Source: an uncultured Methanosarcinaceae archaeon
GTDB taxonomy: Archaea > Halobacteriota > Methanosarcinia > Methanosarcinales > Methanosarcinaceae
Length of the DNA stretch: 64,000 bases
Assembly: GCA_963733675.1 (NCBI GenBank)
Contig: CAVTET010000004.1
Span: forward strand, 416,001-480,000
Direction of reading: 5' to 3'
Shown piece after piece: positions 25,398 to 36,109 of this stretch (its first letter is position 1; each line of letters begins with the position of its first letter). Made by a program: the position numbers and the translations under genes. The notes under the pieces are model-generated. The model worked only from the letters and a program-made list of their open reading frames with translations, was not told the DNA's origin and made no database searches.

Positions 25398-25492
25398 GTG
25401 GAAGATGTCGGTCTTATTTTGAATTAAATATACTACTGGAGTATAATATTCAAAGTGACTGTATAGGGTAACGGTAGAGCCAGCTCTTCCAC
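25398..25492 (+). ncRNA. Candidate structured RNA (three-way junction), copy A
   Basis: P1 GUGGAAGA/UCUUCCAC, P2 UUAUUUUGAAU/AUUCAAAGUGA with apical UAUACU/AGUAUA, P3 ACUGU/ACGGU; covaries with 26388-26485. Confidence 0.55.
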
Positions 25493-25631
25493 TAATCCAT
25501 CAAATCTTTTTAATGTGTTGATTTGGTATAATGTATAATTTGAATCAAAAATAAGCATATGACAAGGTAATCAAAATTTTTCAAACTTCGCAGGATTTAC
25601 CCAATTTTTTAGATAGCTTTTAGGCCAAAAA

Positions 25632-26021
25632 ATGAAATTTGTAGCAGGGGAGAGTACATTAGGAAAAGAAAAGGGAGAAAAAGAAATGGGCAACGATGAT
25701 GATATATTAAAGTCAAGAAGTAAAGAGAAAATAATTAAGGAAGCAGAACCTAATGTTACAATCGAAAAAGTGACAAAATTAACGAAAAAAGCATTGGAAC
25801 AAAAAACAGCGAGTGATATACTTACTTTTGTACAGAATTTGGATGATTTTGAGGAAGCTGATATCTTCTTAACACTATACATTAAGGCATTAAACAATAC
25901 ACTTGCATCCAATAAGGAAAATTATAGAATAGATGAAAATGGGGTAAGAAAAATAATCGCTGAAACAGACGGAAGATTCGTATATGGGGAAGAAATATGT
26001 GGGGGATGTGAAGAAGAATAA
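25632..26021 (+). CDS. Hypothetical acidic protein; start may be ATG 25686
   Basis: 129-aa ORF with GGAGA upstream of 25686 and a C-terminal CGGC; no family recognised. Confidence 0.6.
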   Translation: MKFVAGESTLGKEKGEKEMGNDDDILKSRSKEKIIKEAEPNVTIEKVTKLTKKALEQKTASDILTFVQNLDDFEEADIFLTLYIKALNNTLASNKENYRIDENGVRKIIAETDGRFVYGEEICGGCEEE

Positions 26022-26072
26022 AGAAATGAATGAATTATAACCACATTATCTGCTGAATATAATGGATTTACA

Positions 26073-26222
26073 GGTTCTGTTGCAAAAATAATTTTACTGC
26101 CTTTTGGGGCTAGACTTATTGTTTTTTTGTATCATTATTGATCTGTTTAGAGCATATAAATATCTCATTTGTGATGTTTTTCACTGGTTTTGTAAAGTAG
26201 CCAGATTTTTTGCAACAGAACC
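26073..26222. mobile_element. 150-bp MITE with IS6-type TIRs
   Basis: GGTTCTGTTGCAAAAA ... TTTTTGCAACAGAACC; non-coding interior homologous to 15113-15258. Confidence 0.9.
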
Positions 26223-26387
26223 CCTATTAATAGATCCAATTTTAAAGTCAACTCCGTTATTAAAACAATGCATCTTGAAATCTGTAAATTTTGATTTGCT
26301 CTATACCACTTTATTATTTTCAAAAATTTTAGATTTTTATGAAAGATTATTTTCTGCAAAATCAAGCATGTTAACAATTGGAAGAAG

Positions 26388-26485
26388 CTTGGAAGAGTTG
26401 TCCCTACTGTAGGTTCAGTTACAGTTATTCCGAAAATATAAGCCCAATAATATATTAATTCGAAATATGGCCAACATCTCCCAAG
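26388..26485 (-). ncRNA. Candidate structured RNA (three-way junction), copy B
   Basis: P1 CUUGGGAGA/UCUUCCAAG then GUUG/CAAC, P2 UAUUUCGAA/UUCGGAAUA, P3 ACUGUA/UACAGU. Confidence 0.55.
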
Positions 26486-26553
26486 TAGCCCACCATGGCT
26501 TTTAATTCCCTGCTCTTTACATTACACTCTTTCAGGTCTGTTGGTAGTAGATG

Positions 26554-26790
26554 CAATACTACAATGCATAATCATCAACGTAATTATTTTAAATTAATTA
26601 TACAAAAAATAATTTCTAAACGAAAAACAATACTGGGTGATATTTTTCACAATCGAAAAACAATTTGAAATTTATAATTTTTCTATTATGCTTAAAATAT
26701 TTTAGTGCAACATAATTTTTATTTAAAAACTATTTTTCGTATAATTAATTTAAAATAATATATGAAAGTAATAAGCATTATAGTTACAAT
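26554..26790. promoter_or_regulatory. Back-to-back promoter-like modules B (26554-26688, minus) and C (~26690-26790, plus, upstream of Hsp20)
   Basis: Both carry TTTA.AAA.TATTTTT.GTATAATTAATTTAAAATAAT, in opposite orientations. Confidence 0.6.
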
Positions 26791-26874
26791 AAATTGTTTA
26801 TCTGAGCATCAAAAGTAATTTATTGCAATTACAGATTAAATATACTAAATGTACTAATATTTTGGGGTAATATA

Positions 26875-27168
26875 ATGGTATTCAATAGATCACCGGCTAT
26901 ATGTACATATCCTGATGAGAAATGTGAAAACTTGATAATTGAAGTAGTCCTTCCAGGAGTCGAAAAGAAAGATATTTCTTTCAAGATTGCTGAAGACGTT
27001 TTTTATGTAGATGCTAAGAAAGAAGGAATTAGGTATTGGGACAGTTATGTGCTCTGTTGCCCAGTAGACTCGGAAAAAGCAGTTGCTAAATACTCAAATG
27101 GCATGCTTAACGTCACAGTACCTTATAAATTACCCTTAGAAAAATTAACTGAAGTTAAAATCGAGTGA
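26875..27168 (+). CDS. Small heat-shock protein (Hsp20/alpha-crystallin)
   Basis: IEVVLPGVEKKDI ... AVAKYSNGMLNVTVP. Confidence 0.85.
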   Translation: MVFNRSPAICTYPDEKCENLIIEVVLPGVEKKDISFKIAEDVFYVDAKKEGIRYWDSYVLCCPVDSEKAVAKYSNGMLNVTVPYKLPLEKLTEVKIE

Positions 27169-27847
27169 TGAAGTTAAAATCGAGTGATGTAGTGATTTAA
27201 GAAAAAATCTATAGTTGCTTAACTATAATTTTATTCATTTGTTAATCGGATCCCAAAACTCAAAATAAAGTAGTGTACTGAAATGTCTATAGAATCTACG
27301 AAGGAAGAAATTCAGAGTTGAAAATGATCATTAATCATTGATAAACTACGCATGACCAATAAGGCAGATGTGATATATAAATGGATGAAAATAAACCTTC
27401 AAAAGTTACTACTGGTTTTGGAATCTCTTTGGGGGTATGATCAAAAAGTCGGAGAACGTGGACCTGTTCTTATGTAGGACATTCATCTACTCTCGAAAGT
27501 AGTATATCTTCATTAATATTTTCGTTTTCCATGACTTTTTCATTTCATGAGAAAATAACCCATCACGAGCATAATCAATCTGTATGGTCTTCATTAAATT
27601 TTTCATCTCTTCATAAAGGTTTATTCGATTGAAGTAGAAAACAATTACTTAATACTTTAAGCACCCAAACTTAGAATCTTGTACTTGAGATTTCGAATCA
27701 CACAAATTAGATGTTAAGTTAATGGTATACTTTAGACGATTGCATGCAAAATGAAGTACATTTTTAGAAAACTACAGTGTTTCTCTACTAGCCGGAGAAG
27801 CTTGAACAGGCAACTATCCTAGCTTAACGCTATCCTAGCTTAACGAG

Positions 27848-28948
27848 ATGATAATCATGGCAGGATACCTGGATCTTTTTTCACAGTATCAGATGGGCGA
27901 TTTCACGTTGCCAAACCGCATAATTATGGCACCGATGACCCGCAGTAGGACAGGTTATGCTGACATCCCGGTCTCACTGATGGCCACTTATTATGTGCAG
28001 AGAGTCTCGGCTGGCATGATTATCACCGAGGGCTCACAGGTCAGCCCTCGGGGTGTGGGCGTCATGCATACGCCAGGCATATACTCTGCAGCACAAGTTG
28101 CTGGCTGGAAGAAGGTGACGGTTCCAGTTCACAAGGCTGGAGGTAGGATTTTCATCCAACTATGGCATGTAGGGCGAGTTTCCCATCCAGACTTCTTGGC
28201 TGGCGCTCTTCCTGTCGCACCATCAGCGCTACCTGTTGAAGGCTTTGTCCATACACCCGCTGGGAAAAAACAAATTTCAATGCCTAGGGCCCTGGATAGA
28301 GATGAGGTACCGAACATCATCAGGCAGTTTCGGCAGGCTGCGGAGAACGCCAAAGACGCCGGCTTCGATGGTGTAGAAATCCATGGTGCTAACGGCTACC
28401 TGCTGGACCAATTCTTGCGGAGCGGGTCCAACAATCTAACCGATAAGTACGGTGGCAACCTTGAGAGCCGGGCCCGTTTGCCTCTTGAGGTCACGAAAGC
28501 TGTCATCGAGGTATGGGGTGGTGACCATGTAGGCTACCGTATCTCCCCGCATAATAGCGACCATTCTATGTCGGATGCCAATCCACAGGAGACCTTTTCC
28601 GATTTCACCAAAGAATTGAGCAAAACTGGCCTAGGCTACCTTCATATAATTGAGCCCATAGGAGGTAGAATGGAGTTCGTACCACCAGAGGCACGGTTTG
28701 GTCCTAGTCTGCGTAGGATCTTCGAAAGGACGTTAATACTGAACGGCGGCTATGACCTACACAGCGGGAACGAGGCTATTGCCAGAAGAGAAGCCGACAT
28801 GATAGCCTTTGGAATACCGTTTCTGGCTAATCCGGGCCTTCCAGAACGTTTTAGGCAGAATGCACCGCTGAATGAGCCAGAATTGGATACATTCTACGTT
28901 GGTGGCGCGAAAGGATACACGGATTATCCGTCCCTGGTCTATAGATGA
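27848..28948 (+). CDS. Old yellow enzyme / alkene reductase (NemA-like)
   Basis: NRIIMAPMTRSR, QLWHVGR, GFDGVEIHGANGYLLDQF and GYTDYP. Confidence 0.95.
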   Translation: MIIMAGYLDLFSQYQMGDFTLPNRIIMAPMTRSRTGYADIPVSLMATYYVQRVSAGMIITEGSQVSPRGVGVMHTPGIYSAAQVAGWKKVTVPVHKAGGRIFIQLWHVGRVSHPDFLAGALPVAPSALPVEGFVHTPAGKKQISMPRALDRDEVPNIIRQFRQAAENAKDAGFDGVEIHGANGYLLDQFLRSGSNNLTDKYGGNLESRARLPLEVTKAVIEVWGGDHVGYRISPHNSDHSMSDANPQETFSDFTKELSKTGLGYLHIIEPIGGRMEFVPPEARFGPSLRRIFERTLILNGGYDLHSGNEAIARREADMIAFGIPFLANPGLPERFRQNAPLNEPELDTFYVGGAKGYTDYPSLVYR

Positions 28949-29052
28949 CATGTCTCAAAGCATAGGGTTCGGTTGCAGGAATGATATTTCATTAGTTTGC
29001 TACCATAATTATTTTTTTTATTCGTATTGATCTGATGATGGAATTAATTTTG

Positions 29053-29201
29053 GGTTCCGTTGCAAAAATAATAGTTCTGCAATTTGACACTATAATTTTC
29101 ACCTTTAGGTGTAATTTTCTTTCTAATGAAAATGATTAACTTTCCTAATTGTGAATGTTTCACTGATTTTGTAACAAAGCTAGATTTTTTGCACCACAAC
29201 C
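29053..29201. mobile_element. 149-bp IS6-TIR MITE, left arm of a putative composite
   Basis: Outer TIR GGTTCCGTTGCAAAAA, inner variant TTTTTGCACCACAACC; direct repeat of 30199-30348. Confidence 0.88.
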
Positions 29202-29202
29202 C

Positions 29203-30098
29203 GAATTCTATCAAGAGATTGGGACTAAGGATGACCAAGGCCAAGGTCGGTTTTGACCAGAGGGGGTCCGACTGGTTGTTTCCATCTCCATGCAATTTGA
29301 AGCTAACGGACAGCCATCCAAAGGTACAGACAGCCCCTTCCCAAAAGTCGATTTCCCCCCAGCGTTCCATCGAATGCAGCAACCAACACCTGGTTTGCTT
29401 ACGGCTATCGCGAGGGTATTCCGCGCATGCTCGACCTGTGGGATCGCCACGGCATCAAAGTCACTTCGCATATGATCGGCGAAGCGGCCCGGCATCATCC
29501 GGATCTGGCCAAGGAGATTGTCGATCGTGGCCATGAGGCTGCTGGACATGGTCCACACTGGAGTTCACAATATGCAATGAGTCGCGAGGAAGAAAGAACA
29601 TTCCTCGCCCAGGCAGCCAGCATGGTCGAAACAGTCACCGGTCAGCGACCAATCGGCTACAACTGTAACTGGTTGAGGCGCAGCCCTAACACACTGTCGC
29701 TGCTGCAGGAATTGGGCTACGTCTACCATATCGACGATGTCAGCAGCGACGAACCGTTCATCGAGCAAGTGAATGGCAAGGACTTCGTCGTCATTCCCTA
29801 CACGCTGCATAACAATGATATCCTACTAATCGAGGATCGCAACTACTCTCCAGCAAAATTCCTCGACCAGATCAAGCTGGACTTCGACCAACTCTACGAC
29901 GAAGCCGGCACACGCCGCCGCATGATGTCTGTCAGCGCTCACGACCGTATCTGCGGCGAACCGCTGATAGTGCGCATGTGGGACGACTTTCTGCGCTACG
30001 CGAAAAGTCGGTCGGATGTGGCTTTTCTGCGCAAGGATGAAATCGCACGCTACGTGTTGCAGAGTCCGCTTACCCTGCGCGAGACCGAAACCATCTAA
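29203..30098 (+). pseudogene. High-GC polysaccharide deacetylase (PuuE-like CE4), 5' part disrupted; 223-aa ORF at 29427-30098
   Basis: F*PEGVRLVVSISMQFEA.. then a frameshift to WFAYGYREGIPRMLDLWD..GHEAAGHG..MMSVSAHDRI; GC-rich codon usage unlike the host. Confidence 0.8.
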
Positions 30099-30198
30099 CC
30101 TCGCAACAGAGGAGCTGAATCCCGCGTTTGATGGTGCTTATCATATTGATTACCTTCCTAGATTTCGTTGCAAAAATTTCAAAATAAGCATGTGAATC

Positions 30199-30348
30199 GG
30201 TTGTGGTGCAAAAATAATATTTCTGCATTTTGACACTATAATTTTCACCTTTCTGTGCCATTTTCTTTCTAATGAAAATGATTAACTTTCCTAATTGTGA
30301 AGGTTTTTTCTTATTTTGCAAGAAAGCCAGATTTTTTGCAACGGAACC
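30199..30348. mobile_element. 150-bp IS6-TIR MITE, right arm of a putative composite
   Basis: Inner variant GGTTGTGGTGCAAAAA, outer TTTTTGCAACGGAACC. Confidence 0.88.
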
Positions 30349-30549
30349 TTTTTGAGTCCATAAGTTTAACAAAACAATTTTCTGAGGCAGATCTGAAGCT
30401 GACATAATTCTTATGTTTAAAATTCTTGTTTTAAAGTGATGTAATAGTCCTTGATTTTGAATTTGAGAAAAATGTATCAAGCGAATTTCTTTTAGAAAAT
30501 TTCTTGGTTTTCCTGACCACATACCAGACAATACTGCAGCTTGGTTATT
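30349..30549 (-). repeat. Dispersed ~200-bp repeat (homolog of 1109-1312), cut by the MITE
   Basis: Reverse complement aligns with 1109-1312. Confidence 0.7.
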
Positions 30550-30949
30550 ATTTATCCAATCAGATCCTGGACATGCAAACATGATAAACCTAGAGGGAAC
30601 GAAGCAAAAACAAGGAGAAACAGAGCTGGAACCTGGGCAAAAGGGGGGTAAATAACATTTTATATATAAATTCTATTTGTGTAAAATAGGGATTATGAGC
30701 TGTTCAGGAGATCCAATACAACAATTGAATCACTTCATGATTCGAGAGTAAATTTGCCCTAATAAAATGAAATGGGTTACAGAGACAGAGTATACTTGGG
30801 AGCAAATTCAATGATTAAACTATGAAAAGAGCAGTAAATGAACATCCTCTGACAATGACTGATATATTAAAAAACGAGAATATCAGCCCAAAAAAGCTTC
30901 ATGGAAACGAGTTTATGCCGGAACTAATGAAATATTCAAAGGAGGAATA

Positions 30950-31188
30950 GTTCTTGTAACGACTGTTCAAAGAGTAAATCTAAGGAATTTTTTTGTACAA
31001 CTTCTTGTTATTATCTCTATCATTTGATTTCATTGAAAATAAAAGGAATATTTTAAGAATGGCGAAAGATATCTTTAGAATTAAAGAATAAGGATCCAAA
31101 AAAAAATGGGTCAAATACAAAAATTAGTGAGAAAGATTTGGACAAAATTCCCGCGAAGAGAACAAATTAGGGTAAATCGGAATCCTCT
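30950..31188. repeat. 239-bp dispersed repeat (homolog of 6365-6603)
   Basis: Colinear from GTTCTTG to GAATCCTCT. Confidence 0.75.
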
Positions 31189-31546
31189 TATATTTTTAAA
31201 AAGTGAACAAATTTGTTGGACATCTGCAGAAAACTATATTTCTTTAAGGATCCATTCATTTGAAGTTTTGATAAATTTATAATTTCAATCAGTTAATTTG
31301 TTTAATAAAACATCTTTTTTCGATTTCTATCAGAAACTTTATATATTAACTATCGTATTTTAATTATGATTCATCTTCAAATTATCGACCAGGCAATTCG
31401 GAGAAAGTAGAAAATATACATTTTGACTATGATTTTTTTTAATTGCATCTGTCTTTAATTGCATCTATCGATTAGGTGAATCAGAAACAAGAAACACTGA
31501 TTTGGACAATATCGGGTTTATATAGTTATCCAGAGGAGAATTCAAG

Positions 31547-31891
31547 ATGAAAAAATATCTTTTACCAATGGTTTTATTATTTGTAATCTTAATGCCAGCA
31601 GCTTTCGCGACAGGCGATGTAAAAGTTAATGACTTTTCTGCTAGCAATACAAGTGGGAATGTACCTTTACATATATATTTTAATGGTAGCGTTACCGGGA
31701 ACATCACTAATTGGCAATGGCAGTTTAAGAATGTAGGAACAGGAGCTATTACTCATAGCACTGCAAATGTAACAACTGTCCATACTTTTGGCAAACCTGG
31801 AGTTTATGATGTTACATTGACAGTATGGGGGCCAAACGGTAAAGATACACTTACAAAGCCAGCCTATATAACTGCTAGTAATAGCAATTAA
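31547..31891 (+). CDS. Secreted single PKD-domain protein
   Basis: Signal peptide; FSASNTSGNVPL, WQWQF, HTFGKPGVYDVTLTV and YIT. Confidence 0.85.
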   Translation: MKKYLLPMVLLFVILMPAAFATGDVKVNDFSASNTSGNVPLHIYFNGSVTGNITNWQWQFKNVGTGAITHSTANVTTVHTFGKPGVYDVTLTVWGPNGKDTLTKPAYITASNSN

Positions 31892-31913
31892 AGTTCACAG
31901 TTACTGCATTTTC

Positions 31914-32767
31914 GGTTCCGTTGCAAAAATCCTTTCTAATGATACAATAGAATAAAAAGAAAACCAAAGATAGTAATATGGTATCTAATTCCTTTAAATG
32001 GAAGCATTATGAAGGAGAAATTATCCTATTGAATGTAAGATGGTACTTAAAATATCCATTGAGCTATAGAAATTTAAAGGAAATGATGATAGAAAGAGGA
32101 ATTCAAGTTGATCACAGTACTATAATGAGATGGGTACATCAATATTCCCCTTAAATAGAAAAGAAGATAAGAAGACACTTGAGACTAACAAACTATTCGT
32201 GGAAAGTTGATGAAACCTATATCAAAATAAAAGGTAAATGGAAATATCTTTACCGAGCAGTTGACTCAAATGGAGATACAATTGATTTCATGTTAAGTGC
32301 AAAACGAAATCGAAATGCAGCGAAGAGATTTTTTAAGAAAGCTTTGAGTTCTAATCATAATCAAATTCCAAGAGTAATAACAGTTGATAAGAATCCAGCT
32401 TATCCACCTGCTATAGGTAAACTGAAAAATGATAAAATACTACCTAAAAACGTAGGCATTAGACAAATCAAGTATTTGAATAACATTATAGAACAAGATC
32501 ATAGATTTATAAAGCGAATCGTTAATCCAATGTTAGGATTTCAGTCTTTCCAATCTGCTAATAAGACTTTAAAAGGAATTGAAGCTATGAATATGATCAA
32601 AAAAGGACAAGTAAATGATCTAAATTAATCTGTTCTTAATGAAGTCAAATACATTAATCAATTGTTTGGTATAGTTTTATAATGTTAGTGCATTTTCTTT
32701 GAATATTCTGATTTTTATTCATTACCTATAGATTTACATATTTTTTTGAATTTTTTGCAACGGAACC
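31914..32767 (+). mobile_element. IS6-family element, copy 3 (transposase interrupted)
   Basis: Same TIRs; premature TAA near 32152 and at 32626-28. Confidence 0.95.
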
Positions 32768-32802
32768 CTATTTACCACTCTTTTAAGGCCGCACACTATG
32801 TG

Positions 32803-32940
32803 GTATTGTGGTACAATATACAATTATCTTCGTAGTTATTTCAAATTAATTTTATAAAAAACAATTTCTAAACAAAAGATAGTCCCGCATAAGATTTTTT
32901 GCAGTCAAAAAACAAATAAATATGGTAATTATTTTTATTA
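32803..32940 (-). promoter_or_regulatory. Promoter-like module, copy D; downstream sequence cut by IS6
   Basis: Reverse complement closely matches 25208-25346, including AAGATAATTGTATA.TGTACCACAATAC. Confidence 0.65.
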
Positions 32941-33369
32941 TTTGTGAAATTTTCAGGTTATAAAATTATGCTTTTTCTAAAGAATAAAACTTTACCTTGA
33001 GCCTATCAGTGGCTTATCGCTTGTTTATATTAACGAGTATAAGATAGGATACCTATATTTGAAGAAGTGTGCATCCTCATTATAATCGTGAAAATGAGAT
33101 ATTATAGGCTTTATAATTGTTCGTTCATGTACACTTCTTATTGCAAGTATGTCTTCCTTTACTTATATTCCTAATAGTTCCCAATTATTCCCGCTATTTT
33201 CCCGTTATATTCCAATTAAAAATAATAGGAAAACAATAATAAGAGAATTAAAATCAAGCACATAAGACAGTGTGATCAAATTCACTATTTTGATAGTTTG
33301 AGGTTTTTAAGCTTATTGATTTCTCAGTCAAATCGATTAAGTCCTTTCGGATCCCTATATTTCTGATTT

Positions 33370-34733
33370 TTATTCCAAGTTAAAATTACCTTTTTTTGAA
33401 TCACTGGAAAGCCTTCTGAACCCATAATTAGTGTTGTACCCATGATATAGAGCCGATCCATCAATATCTTTGTTCTGTACAATCCCCCAGTTATCAGTTA
33501 ATAGCGTAAGGTGGTCAGCTTTTACTTCAAACAACTTATTCGGAAGGAAATTAACTATGTTTAGTATTTTTGGATAGGTAGTGTAGTTATTTAAAGTTTC
33601 ATGGAAGACAGTAGTGTATTCTTTACCAACATTTTTCCATGTCATTTTTCTGCCAAAATTGTATGCATTTTGACGCATAATATTAAATTTTTCTGGATTT
33701 TCAATTAAATATGAGAGAGCTTTTTTAAAGCCTTCAGTGTCTCCAAAATCTACAAGCAACCCGCGATTATCGGAAAGCATTTCCTCAGCATACCAATAAG
33801 GAGTGGAGACGATTGCTTTTCCCATGCCTATGGCATAGGTCAGAGTCCCGCTTACTATTTGTTCTCTGGAAAGATAGGGAGATGCATAAATATCACTTGC
33901 AAGAATATAATTGCAGAGTTCTTCTTTTTCAACAAACTTATCATGGAATACTACATTATTCTCAATCTCAAGTTCGGAAATAATACTCTTAAGATATTGC
34001 CTGTATGCTTCCCCATCTTTCTTTTTGATCATAGGATGCGTGGCGCCCAGAATAAGGTAAACAAGGCCAGGATATTGAGTTATAACATCAGGAAGGGCTT
34101 TGAGCAAACTTTCGATACCTTTGTTTTGGCTCAGCAAGCCGAAAGTGAGGATAAGTGGAGACCCTTTGAGATTCAGTATCTTTTTATACTTATCACAATT
34201 GCTAAACGGATAGTCCGGCATCCCATGGAAGATAACCTGGATTTTGTCTTTAGAAACTCCATAACTATCTTTTAGTATGTTGACTGCAGTCTGGCTCATT
34301 ACAACGAGTTTATCAGAATACCTTGCGAGCTTTTCAGTGGATACTCGATACTCATCAAATTCAGGCTCCCGGATCACAGTATGCATCGTTGTTATTACAG
34401 GCTTGCTTATTCCTGATAAGAGAGCGAAAATGTAATCTCCTGCGTCCCCCCAAAAAGACCGAATTCGTGTTGAAGACAGATAATGTCTGCATCGGAATGA
34501 TTTATAAAATCTGCAGCTCGGTAGTAATCTTCGAGCTTGTTCTTTTCAATTTGAAAAACAACTTCTTCTGAATAATTATAATTTTCAGGAGGATCTATCA
34601 AAGCAATGACTTCACAATGAATGTCATCCTTTCCTACAGAAACCGAATTTAAAAGATCAGAAGTAAATGTAGCAATCCCACATTCTTTTGGAACATAGGT
34701 TCCTATAAATAATACTCGCAATTTCCGATTCAT
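33370..34733 (-). pseudogene. GT4 glycosyltransferase split by a single frameshift in a G6 tract
   Basis: GTYVPKECGIATFT..QHEFGLFGG then ..MHTV..TFGLLSQNKGIE..SGTLTYA.G.GKAIVSTPYWYAEE; one extra G at 34446-34451 joins the two ORFs. Confidence 0.85.
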
Positions 34734-36109
34734 TTGATCTCTCCAACTTATAGAATTAAATTTTAGCCCTCCATTATAGCCTTAGATTTTTATAATAAAT
34801 TTAGGACATTTAATGCTATTGATTTTTCAGTTCAAATGCATGAGTCCTAAGATAAAATGATTCGTTTTTATCTTCGTTGCCTATGAGAGACACAATGCTA
34901 AAATCTAGTGATGAACAGAGAATTACAAAATCACTCGATTTTGAAAATTGCCACAATCCTTCAAAGAGAATCTATTGAATGGTGCAAGAAAGCTTGAATC
35001 TTGAGTTTTATTGAAGATTTGATTCTCCGTGAAAACTCGATATTTGAATGCAAATTAAAAAATGATAAGAAAGTTTAGGGGGATTTGTCCCTTATCCTAA
35101 TTCCATAAATATATTATATAGAAAAATGAGATAAACCCCACTTTTTTGTTGGTCATTTATATACTTATATTTACAATTTGCTGAAATCGGAGGTTTATCG
35201 AAATTCTTTATAAGCAATGGAATTTACTAAAAAATATTTCCCAGGCAATTCTTTCTTATCATCTGCTCTCTCAATGTAATTATATATAATTAGATATAAT
35301 TAGATATAAACTATAAATATAATATCAATCTAGACTATTTCTAATTTTTGCAAAGAAAAAATGTATGTGAACAAAAATTATTCGTATATAAAAATTTATA
35401 AAGGCAAACAATATTTGAATATTAATCATGTGATGTTTCTCATTTTTAATAATTTTCATTACTTTATAATTTAGTATAAGTTCATCCCTAAAAAAGAGTT
35501 GCAAGCAACTTATAGGGCTCTTTAAAGAATAACCTAGGTGACACATAATGATAATCCATAATTACATGTTTGATGTTTCCATAATCAAATTTCCATTACT
35601 GAGAAAGCTTGCGTTTTTCATGCATTAAAGAATCTCAGCTATAAACTCACCGCTTGGGGGAAAAGGGCATGTAAACAGTATGGATATTCTAAAAATAATA
35701 TAGACCAACTGAATAGAGATACCTTGACTCACGACATACTCTAAAAAAAATTAAATTTTTTAAATTTGATATAGATCTAGTAAAAATTTTAAATGGTTCC
35801 TTCTGAGCATAAATAAAATACAAAAAGCAATGAATATTTAAGATCAAAATAAACCGACATAATCAGAGTATTAATAAGGGAACTAAATTCATAACTCATT
35901 CGAATAAAAAATACGCGATGGAATTTAGGTAGTCAGGAATATTGAAGGTAGAAATAATTCATACTTTTGTCAGCAAGCACGCTAAGAGGAAATAAAGGTT
36001 ATCAATTGAGCTAAAAGGGATTTAGGAAAGATTGAAGAATTTATAGTACAAAGCTCGAAATTACTGGGTCTTCAGCCCATTGGACTGAAGCATCAACTTC
36101 AATACTGGT

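Noticed and set aside
25398-26485. Assigning the three-way-junction RNA to hammerhead, fluoride, SAM-I or C/D-box classes
   Set aside because: Their conserved cores (CUGANGA/GAAA, the fluoride pseudoknot, AUC..GAU, RUGAUGA/CUGA pairs) are not present in both copies.
30070-30582. 170-aa minus-strand ORF, plus 29044-29382, 29126-29536 and 26104-26412
   Set aside because: They read through MITEs and repeats and are chimeric chance frames.
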